Shown one piece after another: positions 1-9,178 of a DNA stretch of 64,000 bases (within the stretch, counting starts at the first letter, position 1; every line of letters starts with the position of its first letter). Origin of the DNA: a virus (taxonomy: Duplodnaviria; Caudoviricetes); the IMG/VR virus record IMGVR_UViG_3300037467_001298, positions 4,174-68,173 of that record. The stretch is one strand, 5' to 3'. The notes beneath the pieces are model-generated. The model was not told the DNA's origin and did no database searches. It saw nothing but the letters and a program-made list of their open reading frames with translations. The position numbers and the translations under genes are program-made.

Positions 1-158
1 AGAAAATAAAAAGTGGGTTTATTGATAAACTATTGCCTTATTTTCATGTTTCAATATTATGGGATACTGAGGATTTGTTAGATTATAAAGATGCCCCAAC
101 AGATAAAGGTTTGGAAGTATTTAATAAATTATGGAATCAAAAAATTGTAATCACTTGA
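1..158 (+). CDS. 3' end of probable phage DNA primase (partial)
   Basis: Frame from nt 3 reads KIKSGFIDKLLPYFHVSILWDTEDLLDYKDAPTDKGLEVFNKLWNQKIVIT*. This resembles the C-terminus of Bacillus-phage primases, and the position upstream of RecJ matches the SPbeta yorJ-yorK order. Confidence 0.55.
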   Translation, partial: KIKSGFIDKLLPYFHVSILWDTEDLLDYKDAPTDKGLEVFNKLWNQKIVIT

Positions 159-159
159 G

Positions 160-188
160 GTTACAATTTTTTGTTTTTTATGTATAAT
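160..188 (+). promoter_or_regulatory. sigmaA-type promoter
   Basis: GTTACA-N17-TATAAT with extended -10 TG. Confidence 0.65.
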
Positions 189-222
189 AACAATGTATGA
201 AAAATAAAATGGAGGTTATAAT

Positions 223-459
223 ATGAAGCAAATTAAAATTACCTTTTTACAAGGAAAAGGCAATCCTATTGATATTGTCTGTAGTGATAATGAAACATTT
301 TTTATAACTAAATTACTTGATGCAAAAAAAGGTGTATTTACAAATATTGGTTATATTGAAGGTGAAGATGTACAATCTTACACAGTAAATGATTATATTA
401 TGCCAGATGTCGGCCCATCACCTGCTTTAAAAGGAAATGGAGGAAATGAAAATATATGA
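223..459 (+). CDS. hypothetical protein
   Basis: GGAGG RBS, 78 aa ORF, overlaps next gene. Confidence 0.75.
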   Translation: MKQIKITFLQGKGNPIDIVCSDNETFFITKLLDAKKGVFTNIGYIEGEDVQSYTVNDYIMPDVGPSPALKGNGGNENI

Positions 460-665
460 AAACAGTAGAAATTAAAAAAGGAAAAACATTAATAACCTTA
501 GAAGTAGATCTTGAAGAGTTGGGTACGTTTATTTGTGGACTAGGAGCAACTAACAGAGAACAAATTGCTCAAAGTGCAGAGTTTAATAATGTTGAAACTG
601 TTAAGGATAGCTATGACCTATATGAAAAATTGCATGCTATTTATAAAGGAGCGGTAAAAATATGA
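456..665 (+). CDS. hypothetical protein (paralog of 662..886)
   Basis: ATGA overlap; MKTVEIKK...LEELGTFICGLG resembles next ORF. Confidence 0.75.
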   Translation: MKTVEIKKGKTLITLEVDLEELGTFICGLGATNREQIAQSAEFNNVETVKDSYDLYEKLHAIYKGAVKI

Positions 666-886
666 AAACAATAGAAATTATTAGACCAACTGAATCAGAT
701 GTAGTTATTAAATTAACACTTCGTGAATTGGGAACCGTTGTTGCTGCGCTAGGCGAAGCCTCTATAGAAGATTTAAACAAAGGAGCAGAATGGAATAAGA
801 TTAAAACAGTCCTTAATCAAACTGGAGATCCATCATTGAAATTATTTCAACAACTTAGAGATTTATATAAGGAGATGGAACAATGA
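662..886 (+). CDS. hypothetical protein (paralog of 456..665)
   Basis: ATGA overlaps on both sides; MKTIEII...LRELGTVVAALG. Confidence 0.75.
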   Translation: MKTIEIIRPTESDVVIKLTLRELGTVVAALGEASIEDLNKGAEWNKIKTVLNQTGDPSLKLFQQLRDLYKEMEQ

Positions 887-2601
887 AAATAGTTCAAAAA
901 GGAGCCTTTAATGGAAATATTATTAATACAACATTAGAAAACAGAAATATTCCAAACATTGAATTATTTCTTAATCCTGAAGATGCCTTAGAAAGCAATC
1001 CGTTAGAAATTTATAATATTAAAGATGGACATGATTTATTATTGACTCATATGGCACAAAAGAGTTTAATTGTTATTTTAGTTGACTCTGATGCTGATGG
1101 ATTCACTTCAGGTTCTATTATGTTTCAATATCTTGACAGATTGGGTGTTAATGTTGTTTATATAGTTCATGATGGAAAAGCACACGGACTAACAAATAAA
1201 ATCATGGAAGAATTAGAAGATCTACGACCTGATTTATTAATTACTCCTGATTCAACTTCTAATGATGTAGAACAAATTGAAAAACTTTATGAACTTGGAA
1301 TTGATGTTCTTGTAATTGACCATCACCATGTTTCTGAATTTACAGAAAAAGGTGTAGTTATTAATAATCAACTTTGTGAAGTTACTAATCACAGATTTGT
1401 TGGAGCAGGAATGGTTTATAAATTTATTCAAGGACTTGATACAAAATTAGGTTTAAATTATGCAGATGATTATCTTGATTTAGTTGCTATTGGACAAATT
1501 GGAGATGCTTCAGATATTTCAGATCCTGAAATTAGAAAACTTGTTTTCAAAGGAATAAATAATGTTAAAAATAAATTTTTAAAGGTTGCAATTGCAACGA
1601 AATTAGGTTTAGGTGTTAAAGTTGCCCCTAAGGACCTATCGTTTAATGTTATTCCACTTATAAATGCTGTAACTCGAGTTGGTACAGTTGAGGAACGTGA
1701 ATATTTATTTGAAGCATTAAGTGGTATTGATGATGAACGAGAATTTTTTGTTGAAAAGAAAAAGAAAAATCCAACAACTGGCAAGTTTGACAAGGTTACT
1801 TTTAACTATGATATTTATCAGTATGGTTTTGATATTGCTATGAAAGTAAAATCAAGGCAGGATTCCGTTGTTAAGAAAATGGTAGCCCAATTAGAAAAAT
1901 CAGTTGTAGATGATGCTGGAATTATTATTGCTTTTACAGAGGATAATGAAAACCCAGGAGTTACGGGTCTTGTTGCAAATAAATTAATGACAAAGTTTGA
2001 TAAACCTGCATTATTATTAAACACACAAGAAGAAACTTATACAGGTTCAGGTAGAGGTCATGAGAAAACGTTAAAAGATTTTCGTAAATGGTGTGAAGAT
2101 TCAGATCTTGTAGAATTTGCACAAGGGCATGATAACGCTTTTGGTATTAGTATTAGAAAGGATAAATTTGATGCCTTTAAAGATTATTCTAGAACAATCA
2201 AAAAACAAGAGGTTATTTACGAAGTTGATGTCTTATCCGATAGACCTAATAAAGACCAATGTGAACTCGTTGATAGAAATAAGTCCCTGTTTGGCGGAGT
2301 GGTTAGTGAACCTTTTATTGGAATTACTGGTTTAACTGTTCCTAAAAAGTTCATATCTCAAAAAGGTTCAATGTTAACTATTTACTCTTGGGGAGTTTCA
2401 TGTGTAATGTTTAGTGCTCCACAAGATTTAATAGAAAAAATTATTGATAGTGAAGATACTCTTACAATTGATATTGTTGGTTATTATTCAATGAACAATT
2501 GGAATGGCCGTCAAACCCCACAATTAATAATTAAGGATATTGAAATTGTAAATAATAATATTAATGATGAAGAAATAAATGAGGATAATATAATCTTCTA
2601 G
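883..2601 (+). CDS. recJ: RecJ-like ssDNA exonuclease (DHH family)
   Basis: DSDADG, LITPD, IDHHH (DHH), DHHA1 GSGRG and GHDNAFG motifs. Confidence 0.93.
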   Translation: MKIVQKGAFNGNIINTTLENRNIPNIELFLNPEDALESNPLEIYNIKDGHDLLLTHMAQKSLIVILVDSDADGFTSGSIMFQYLDRLGVNVVYIVHDGKAHGLTNKIMEELEDLRPDLLITPDSTSNDVEQIEKLYELGIDVLVIDHHHVSEFTEKGVVINNQLCEVTNHRFVGAGMVYKFIQGLDTKLGLNYADDYLDLVAIGQIGDASDISDPEIRKLVFKGINNVKNKFLKVAIATKLGLGVKVAPKDLSFNVIPLINAVTRVGTVEEREYLFEALSGIDDEREFFVEKKKKNPTTGKFDKVTFNYDIYQYGFDIAMKVKSRQDSVVKKMVAQLEKSVVDDAGIIIAFTEDNENPGVTGLVANKLMTKFDKPALLLNTQEETYTGSGRGHEKTLKDFRKWCEDSDLVEFAQGHDNAFGISIRKDKFDAFKDYSRTIKKQEVIYEVDVLSDRPNKDQCELVDRNKSLFGGVVSEPFIGITGLTVPKKFISQKGSMLTIYSWGVSCVMFSAPQDLIEKIIDSEDTLTIDIVGYYSMNNWNGRQTPQLIIKDIEIVNNNINDEEINEDNIIF

Positions 2602-2612
2602 GAGGAACTATA

Positions 2613-3113
2613 ATGAAAAATGATTTTATAATTCTTATTGGTTCTGATGGAAGTGGTAAATCAACAATAGCCGAGGCATTATCTAATGAACTTGGCTATC
2701 CTGTTGAACACCATGGACCTGTTAAATCATACCAAGAAGGAAAAGATGAATATTTTAAAAACATTCTTGATATTGAGTATTCAGTTATCAAAGATCGTTT
2801 CCATGAAGGTGAAAAAATATATGCTCCAATTTATCGTGGATACGAGGCAGATTATTTTGGTGAACTTGAATATTTATTACAATTAAAATTTAATCCTTTG
2901 CTTGTTTTAATTAGACCACCATTTAAAGTTATTGAACAGAGGTTAGAAGAACGTGGTGAGGATTTTGTAAAACAAGAACATTGGTTTTATTGTTATTTAA
3001 AACTAAATGACATCTATAATCAGTCTAATCTTCCAAAAATAACTATTGATACAAGTGTATATACTGCTGAAGAAAATGTTAAAAAAATAATCAATGCTTT
3101 AGGTTTACATTAA
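2613..3113 (+). CDS. P-loop deoxynucleoside monophosphate kinase (thymidylate-kinase-like)
   Basis: Walker A GSDGSGKST, DRFHEGEKIY (DR motif), lid RLEERGE; lies just upstream of the TS homolog. Confidence 0.8.
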   Translation: MKNDFIILIGSDGSGKSTIAEALSNELGYPVEHHGPVKSYQEGKDEYFKNILDIEYSVIKDRFHEGEKIYAPIYRGYEADYFGELEYLLQLKFNPLLVLIRPPFKVIEQRLEERGEDFVKQEHWFYCYLKLNDIYNQSNLPKITIDTSVYTAEENVKKIINALGLH

Positions 3114-3168
3114 TATTTATTATATATATAATATTTTTGTAATGATAATTTATTTGGAGGTAATAAAA

Positions 3169-3435
3169 ATGAAAGTTATTATGCCCGAGAAAAAACAGTT
3201 CAAATTAAAATTAGGAGATATTCTTCATACAGGTTTTGGTGATATTTACATTGCTTCAAAGTTCACCGATCAAACATTTGCTTGGTTTAATAATAAAGGA
3301 TATTGTGCAAATGGTGTATATAATTCACTTGAGGATTTAGAAAGAGCAAGTCAAAAATATTTTACAGATCCTGAATACACTATTTACAGTTCTGATGACT
3401 ATGATTTACAATTAGTTCCTAAAGGAGTAAAATAA
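3169..3435 (+). CDS. hypothetical protein (dispersed ~90 aa paralog family)
   Basis: GGAGG RBS before ATG 3169; LKLGDIL..G..YI pattern. Confidence 0.75.
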   Translation: MKVIMPEKKQFKLKLGDILHTGFGDIYIASKFTDQTFAWFNNKGYCANGVYNSLEDLERASQKYFTDPEYTIYSSDDYDLQLVPKGVK

Positions 3436-3436
3436 A

Positions 3437-4468
3437 ATGTTTATTATTGAAGGAGAATCATTTGAGGAAGTCTATAAAAAATCAATTATAGAAATTCTTA
3501 AAAATGGTGATGTAGTTGCTCCTCGCGGTTCAGCAACATTTGAATTAGCACCTGCAACTATTGTAATTAAAAACGCTAGAAAATTTTTAACAATGCCAAA
3601 GTTAAGAAAAGGTAATTATACTTTTCAATTAGCAGAAGCATTATGGATGTTACGAGGTTCAAACGACCTTGAAGAAATCGCTCATTATAATAAGGTATGG
3701 CGTAACTTTGAAGATGAAGACGACCCAGGAATTTTAAATGGCGCTTACGGTGAAAGACTTCGTGATTGGGATATGGGTGTAGACCAATTTATTGAGGTTT
3801 ATAATAAATTGAAAAAAGATCCTTATTCACGTCAAGCAGTTGCTATGATTTGGGATCCTGTTAGAGATAATGCCATTCATGAGAATGGGAATTACTCTAA
3901 AGATATCCCTTGTACAAATTACTTCAATTTCCAAATTCGTAATGGTAAACTAAATATGTGGACTGTAATGAGAAGTAATGATTTACACAAAGGGTCTATA
4001 TATGATATTCCAAACTTTATTATTTTCCAACATATTATTGCAGGTTGGTTGGGTGTTGAAGTTGGAAAATATACGCACTCTGCTGCCTCACTTCACATTT
4101 ATGAATCTGATGTAGAAAATTTTATTGATATTTATAATGATAAAGATGATACAGTTGTTTATGATGGTGAAGATTATGGTGACCCAAGAGTTCCACTTTC
4201 TGAATTTAATTTTGTAATGTCTACTATTTCTGTTATTGAATATTCAACAAGACAGGTATTAGATAAAGAAACATTTGATGATTATTTAGAAACTTTATTA
4301 AATGTTATTAGCGATATTAAAAACACTTGGTGGAGATCTGTTGCTGCACAAATTGCTATGTATAATTATAGAAAATTAGGTGCCACTGAAGAAGAATTTA
4401 AGAAATTCTTACCTTTTATTACTAATGAATATAGAAAAAATGTTGAAAAATGGAGGAGTTTAGTATGA
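3437..4468 (+). CDS. thymidylate synthase homolog, predicted dCMP hydroxymethylase-type
   Basis: AEALWML, YGERL, SRQAV, catalytic DIPC, RSNDLHKGSIYD with Asp at the N177-equivalent position, SLHIY. Confidence 0.85.
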   Translation: MFIIEGESFEEVYKKSIIEILKNGDVVAPRGSATFELAPATIVIKNARKFLTMPKLRKGNYTFQLAEALWMLRGSNDLEEIAHYNKVWRNFEDEDDPGILNGAYGERLRDWDMGVDQFIEVYNKLKKDPYSRQAVAMIWDPVRDNAIHENGNYSKDIPCTNYFNFQIRNGKLNMWTVMRSNDLHKGSIYDIPNFIIFQHIIAGWLGVEVGKYTHSAASLHIYESDVENFIDIYNDKDDTVVYDGEDYGDPRVPLSEFNFVMSTISVIEYSTRQVLDKETFDDYLETLLNVISDIKNTWWRSVAAQIAMYNYRKLGATEEEFKKFLPFITNEYRKNVEKWRSLV

Positions 4469-4728
4469 AAATCAGTATAGAACAAATTAGAGGCGAAAAA
4501 CCTAAAACTGAACCTAAACTTGGTCAAATCTATTCTGGTTGCGGTTCTTATTATATTGTATCAAAGGCATATACAAGAAATAATGAAACTCTATATAATC
4601 TAACAAATCTTGAAACTGGTTCACGATGGACAAATGAACTTTCTAAGGATGAATTGGAAGCGGAAATAAATTTCCATAGTTTCAAACTTGTCAATGTAAA
4701 AGAAATAGTAATTAAGGAGGAAATTTAA
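4465..4728 (+). CDS. hypothetical protein (dispersed ~90 aa paralog family)
   Basis: ATGA overlap with TS stop; PKLGQIY..G.YYI...Y.L.NLETG. Confidence 0.75.
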   Translation: MKISIEQIRGEKPKTEPKLGQIYSGCGSYYIVSKAYTRNNETLYNLTNLETGSRWTNELSKDELEAEINFHSFKLVNVKEIVIKEEI

Positions 4729-4731
4729 TTA

Positions 4732-5949
4732 ATGAAGGTACTTGGAGCATTTATTTTTATGGGTTCTGCAACCATTGGCGTAATGAATAATGGTGTAAAG
4801 CCCAACAGAATTTTGGAATTATCAGATGGAATGACACAAGATAATGCTATGCACTTTGTCCATAACTATCCTGAAATTCCTGTTATTGAACCTGCTGTAT
4901 GGGAAAACGATGAATATTTAGAAGAACTTCGTAAAGAGGAATTCGATTTACTGTACGGAAATCCTCCATGTTCGGGATTAAGTTTAGGTGTTCGTGGTGG
5001 GCAATCTCATGAAAAAGGCCCCAACTGTCACCAATATCGCTATATGGAAATTATTAAAAAAGTACAACCTAAAGCATTTATGTATGAGAATGCTCCTACG
5101 TTGATTAGTACAGGAAAACCAATCTTAAATGATTTTATTAAAGGTCTTCCTAATTATAATTTCACTATTATTCGTGAATTTGGTTGCTATCATAATGTTG
5201 CTATGAAGCGTCAAAGAACATTCTTCATTGGATGGCGTAAAGACGTATTTGAAAAAGTTCCTACGCTTCACATGAGTAAAACAGAAAAACCTACAACCGT
5301 TCGTGATATCTTAGGAGATCTTTTCGATGTGCCTGTTGGTCACTCTAATGTATTAAATCACGAGTTAATCCCAGGTCGTCCGTATCAAGACGTAGAATTT
5401 GTTTTTCCTGATGTTCCTTATGTTAAAGGTGGAGAATATACTGTAAACTGGGTAATCTGTAATGAGTATGAAAAGTATGAGCCGCTATTAAAAGAAAAAA
5501 CTAAAAAAGCATTAAAAACTCAATTATTTAAACAAAGAAATGGTTTAGGTTATTGGGATAAATCTTCTCAACGTCCGAATCCTGATAAACAAGCACCATC
5601 AATGACTGGATATGCAAGTTTCATCCATCCTATTCATCACCGTCAATTTACTGTTCGTGAGTACGCTCGTTTAATGGGATATCCCGATACATTTGAAATT
5701 CTTCCGCATAAGGAAGTTGTTCGTCATATGGCTCAAGGAGTACCTGCTCGTTATTTTGAATGGGCATCAGGTGAAGTGCTTGCTGCGTTGCGTGGACAAA
5801 GACATTCTCATCAACAGTTTGAAGATACTCGAGTTATATTCCAACATCATACAAAAGAATTGATGACTGAATTCACAACTGAAGAGTTCTTAAATACATT
5901 AAAAATTGCAGAAGTAAAAAATGAAAAACAACAGAAACTAACGGTTTAA
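4732..5949 (+). CDS. DNA (cytosine-C5) methyltransferase homolog with degenerate motifs I and X
   Basis: Motif IV GNPPCSGLS, VI YENAP, VIII MKRQRTFFIG, IX RQFTVREYARLMGYPD. Motif I reads FIFMGS instead of FxGxG; motif X reads MAQGVP instead of IGNAV. Confidence 0.85.
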   Translation: MKVLGAFIFMGSATIGVMNNGVKPNRILELSDGMTQDNAMHFVHNYPEIPVIEPAVWENDEYLEELRKEEFDLLYGNPPCSGLSLGVRGGQSHEKGPNCHQYRYMEIIKKVQPKAFMYENAPTLISTGKPILNDFIKGLPNYNFTIIREFGCYHNVAMKRQRTFFIGWRKDVFEKVPTLHMSKTEKPTTVRDILGDLFDVPVGHSNVLNHELIPGRPYQDVEFVFPDVPYVKGGEYTVNWVICNEYEKYEPLLKEKTKKALKTQLFKQRNGLGYWDKSSQRPNPDKQAPSMTGYASFIHPIHHRQFTVREYARLMGYPDTFEILPHKEVVRHMAQGVPARYFEWASGEVLAALRGQRHSHQQFEDTRVIFQHHTKELMTEFTTEEFLNTLKIAEVKNEKQQKLTV

Positions 5950-5982
5950 TCCGTTAGTTCTGTTACATAGGAGAATGATAAA

Positions 5983-6387
5983 ATGGAAGAATACATTTAT
6001 AAAGGTGATTTAGTTAATGATTATATTGTTTTACAAGCGTCACCTAAACATTGGCATTTAGTAAATAAAAAAGATTTTAATAGATGGTCAGATTGTGGAA
6101 TTGAATATAGAATTGACAAAGTTTCCAATGAATCATATATAACTCGTGAAGATATTGAAAGAATGTACCCATTTGAATTTAAGGGTTTTAAACTTGTGCG
6201 TAAAAATGATTGGCAAAACAATAAACAAACAACTAAAGCAGAATGTAACCATAATGTAAGTCAAATAGAAATTGAACGTATTATTGCTCATTCTATTTGT
6301 AATACAAGAGATGGGGAACATCAAGGTCTTGTGATTGCAAAAATTGCAAAAAGTATTTTATCATTTTTATCAGAGAAAGGAATATAA
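5983..6387 (+). CDS. hypothetical protein
   Basis: GGAG RBS, 134 aa ORF. Confidence 0.75.
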   Translation: MEEYIYKGDLVNDYIVLQASPKHWHLVNKKDFNRWSDCGIEYRIDKVSNESYITREDIERMYPFEFKGFKLVRKNDWQNNKQTTKAECNHNVSQIEIERIIAHSICNTRDGEHQGLVIAKIAKSILSFLSEKGI

Positions 6388-6390
6388 TAA

Positions 6391-6657
6391 ATGAGTAATA
6401 TTAAGGTTTTAAAATTTGGTGCTACTTGGTGTGGACCGTGTAAGATGTTAGATCCTATTATGTACGAATTAAAAGATGAATACCCTAATATAGAATTTCA
6501 GTTTGTAAACGTTGATGAAGAACCTGAAATAACAGGACAATTTGGTGTTATGGGTATACCTCGAGTTATGGTTTATAAAAATGATGAAAAAGTTGAAGAT
6601 TTTACAGGATTTAAACCTAAAACGGTAATTGAACAAATGATAAATTTTCATATATAA
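6391..6657 (+). CDS. trxA: thioredoxin
   Basis: FGATWCGPCK active site; GVMGIP cis-Pro loop. Confidence 0.95.
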   Translation: MSNIKVLKFGATWCGPCKMLDPIMYELKDEYPNIEFQFVNVDEEPEITGQFGVMGIPRVMVYKNDEKVEDFTGFKPKTVIEQMINFHI

Positions 6658-6666
6658 TAATGAAAC

Positions 6667-6698
6667 AAAACGATATAACTTATGTTATGTCGTTTTTT
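6667..6698 (+). terminator. intrinsic terminator
   Basis: AAAACGATATAAC-ttat-GTTATGTCGTTTTTT hairpin with U-tract. Confidence 0.7.
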
Positions 6699-6723
6699 AT
6701 TTGACAAAATTTTCATTATTATA

Positions 6724-6752
6724 TATACAAATTTATCAAAAATTGTTATAAT
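6724..6752 (+). promoter_or_regulatory. sigmaA-type promoter
   Basis: TATACA-N17-TATAAT, extended TG. Confidence 0.55.
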
Positions 6753-6793
6753 TTAATTGTGGAATTTTTTATTGAATAAGGGAGGTTTTATTA

Positions 6794-6964
6794 ATGACAG
6801 TTATGACAGTTAAAGGCAAGGCTGAAGAGATTTATAAGTTAATCCAACATGCTACTATTGATGAGGTAACTGACTTTTGGCGAGAGCTTGACACAATTGA
6901 CTACCATTTTTCCCTTGAAGTATGTAGAGAATTAATCAGAATGATACAGAATCAGGAAAGATAA
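6794..6964 (+). CDS. small hypothetical protein (56 aa, below ORF-track cutoff)
   Basis: GGGAGG RBS; MTVMTVKGKAEEIYKLIQHATIDEVTDFWRELD... Confidence 0.7.
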   Translation: MTVMTVKGKAEEIYKLIQHATIDEVTDFWRELDTIDYHFSLEVCRELIRMIQNQER

Positions 6965-7027
6965 TTCTGCAGAAGGGGTTGCTCAACGCTTCTCCTTTAT
7001 TTAATGAAAATATTCTAGAAATTTTTG

Positions 7028-7056
7028 TTTACATTTAATTGCTATTGGTATATAAT
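7028..7056 (+). promoter_or_regulatory. sigmaA-type promoter of topoisomerase B subunit
   Basis: TTTACA-N17-TATAAT. Confidence 0.75.
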
Positions 7057-7105
7057 GAAAATATGTTCAATTAAATGAAATTTGTTTTTGATGGAGGAGA
7101 TATTA

Positions 7106-9016
7106 GTGAGTGAAAAACGCGACCAAATAAAGGCACTTACAACGAGAGAACAGTGCCGTGATAAACTTCCAACATGGTTTGGTTCTCGTGAAAATTATCT
7201 TCATGGCTTCCGTGAAGTTTTAGGGAATGCGGTTGATGAAGTTATTAATAACTATAAAAAAGGTATTATAACAATTAAACTTGAAGATGATATGCAAACA
7301 ATTTCAGTATCAGATACAGGAAGGGGAATTCCAATTGACGGTACCACTGACGGTAAGCCTAACTATATTTTACTTTTTGAAACTTTATTTGCTGGAACAA
7401 ACTACGATAACAACGAAAATGGAAAGATTACGGTGGGCACTAATGGAGTCGGTACAACTGTGCTTAATCATACTTCTTGCCTCTTTGAAGTAACATCCTT
7501 CCGAAACGGTAAAAAATCAAAATTAACTTATATAGACGGTGGAAGCAACCAAGGTCTGACTACTGAGACGTGCAAGGACACTTTACACGGTTCTATCTTC
7601 AAATTCAGACTAGATCCTGAAGTTTATACATCTGTTATATATCAGAAGGAAGAAATTGTTGCTATTATAAAACACGTTGCTGCAACTTCAAATCAAATTA
7701 CCTTTAATTTTGATTTTAAAGGAGAACGGGAGACATTTAATTACAATTCACTGTCAGATTACTTCCTAGAAGTAGCCACTGGCCTCACATCTAAGCCGAT
7801 TGTAGGACCTGAAGTTGAATATGACCGTGAAGATGAATTAAATAAAATCGGTATTTTATTTGCTACTGCAAGTGACCCAATTCAAGAATCATTCCTTAAC
7901 TTTAACTGGTTACCTAATAAAGGCTCAATTCATACAGGAATTATTAACGGTGTTAGGTCATTCATTAATAAGGAAGCGCAAGAACAGAAACTAATTGATA
8001 AAAAATCAAATATAACACCCACTGATGTAGAGGATTCAGTAAGTTATGTTTGTTCCTTCCTTTCAACTAATGTTGAATATGCGAACCAAACAAAACTGTC
8101 AACTGATAAAAAATTATACCGTTCATTAGTTAATGAATATGTACAAAGTTTGTTGGAAGCATTCAAGGCTGAACAACCTAAGGAATTTGATAAATTCCTA
8201 AAACATATTGTTCAAGTTAATAAATTCAATAATCGTAATACTGCTGCTAAACAAGCACTAAAAAAGAAATTAAATGAAAGAGCTGATACTTTAACAAACC
8301 GTGTTGAAAAACTTGTTGAGTGTGATAAACATGGTCCTAATGCTGAATTATTTATTGCCGAAGGTGATTCTGCTTTAGGTTCAATCGTTCAGGCCCGTGA
8401 CAGTTTATATCAGGCCGCATATCCATTGAGAGGTAAAATCCTTAACTGTTTAAAAGCCGATTATTTAAAAATATTTGACAATAAGGTTGTTATGGATTTA
8501 ATTAAAGTTATTGGCACAGGAGTTATCGCTGATAAAAAACATAAGGATATTGAAACTTTTGAAATTACTCGTTCTAATTATGGAAAGTATATTATATCAA
8601 CTGATGCCGATGCAGATGGTCAACAAATCTGTTGCTTATTAATAACATTCTTCTATCGTTTAATGAGACCTTTACTTGAACAAGGTATGGTTTATGTTGC
8701 AAAGACACCATTATATGAAGTAAAACTTGAGGATGATTCAATGATTTATTACTTCAGTGAAAAGGAAAAAGATGAAAAACTTCCAAAAGTAAAAGGCAAA
8801 TATGTTATTGCTCGTTGTAAAGGATTAGGTGAACTTGAAGCCGAAACAATGGCATACACTGCAATGGATAAGGATACGCGTGTTCTTGAACGTGTAACTG
8901 TAAATAATGCTGAAGCAATGGTTGCTGCTGTTGAAAAATTCATGGGTGCAGATGTACATGATAGGAAAGAATATATTGAAGAAAATCTTTATAAATATAT
9001 TGCGGCGGTGGATTAA
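7106..9016 (+). CDS. gyrB: type IIA topoisomerase subunit B (GyrB/ParE family)
   Basis: GHKL ATPase EVLGNAVDE, DTGRGIP, GTNGVG; TOPRIM AEGDSA, PLRGKILN, STDADADG; RCKGLGE. GTG start at 7106 follows GGAGGAG. Confidence 0.93.
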   Translation: MSEKRDQIKALTTREQCRDKLPTWFGSRENYLHGFREVLGNAVDEVINNYKKGIITIKLEDDMQTISVSDTGRGIPIDGTTDGKPNYILLFETLFAGTNYDNNENGKITVGTNGVGTTVLNHTSCLFEVTSFRNGKKSKLTYIDGGSNQGLTTETCKDTLHGSIFKFRLDPEVYTSVIYQKEEIVAIIKHVAATSNQITFNFDFKGERETFNYNSLSDYFLEVATGLTSKPIVGPEVEYDREDELNKIGILFATASDPIQESFLNFNWLPNKGSIHTGIINGVRSFINKEAQEQKLIDKKSNITPTDVEDSVSYVCSFLSTNVEYANQTKLSTDKKLYRSLVNEYVQSLLEAFKAEQPKEFDKFLKHIVQVNKFNNRNTAAKQALKKKLNERADTLTNRVEKLVECDKHGPNAELFIAEGDSALGSIVQARDSLYQAAYPLRGKILNCLKADYLKIFDNKVVMDLIKVIGTGVIADKKHKDIETFEITRSNYGKYIISTDADADGQQICCLLITFFYRLMRPLLEQGMVYVAKTPLYEVKLEDDSMIYYFSEKEKDEKLPKVKGKYVIARCKGLGELEAETMAYTAMDKDTRVLERVTVNNAEAMVAAVEKFMGADVHDRKEYIEENLYKYIAAVD

Positions 9017-9109
9017 ATGTTAAAAGAAATTTTATTAGGAACAGTTTCGGGAGTTATAACATTATTTATTATTTTTTGTGGCCTAATGTATTTTATCTTT
9101 GGTTTATAA
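9017..9109 (+). CDS. 30 aa single-TM micro-protein
   Basis: MLKEILLGTVSGVITLFIIFCGLMYFIFGL, directly abutting the gyrB stop. Confidence 0.5.
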   Translation: MLKEILLGTVSGVITLFIIFCGLMYFIFGL

Positions 9110-9116
9110 TTTCCAT

Positions 9117-9145
9117 TTTACAAATCAAATTTAAAATGTTATAAT
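9117..9145 (+). promoter_or_regulatory. sigmaA-type promoter
   Basis: TTTACA-N17-TATAAT, extended TG. Confidence 0.75.
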
Positions 9146-9178
9146 AAATTATACGATTTAATTGGAGGCGATTTTAGT

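Noticed and set aside
3437-4468. Annotation as ordinary ThyA or SPO1-type dUMP hydroxymethylase
   Set aside because: The specificity position is Asp, not Asn, which points to dCMP.
7056-7069. LexA/DinR-box-like sequences here (TGAAAATATGTTCA) and at 16484-16497 (GAAACAAATGTTCC)
   Set aside because: Each has a mismatch in the GAAC core, and such near-matches are expected by chance in AT-rich DNA.
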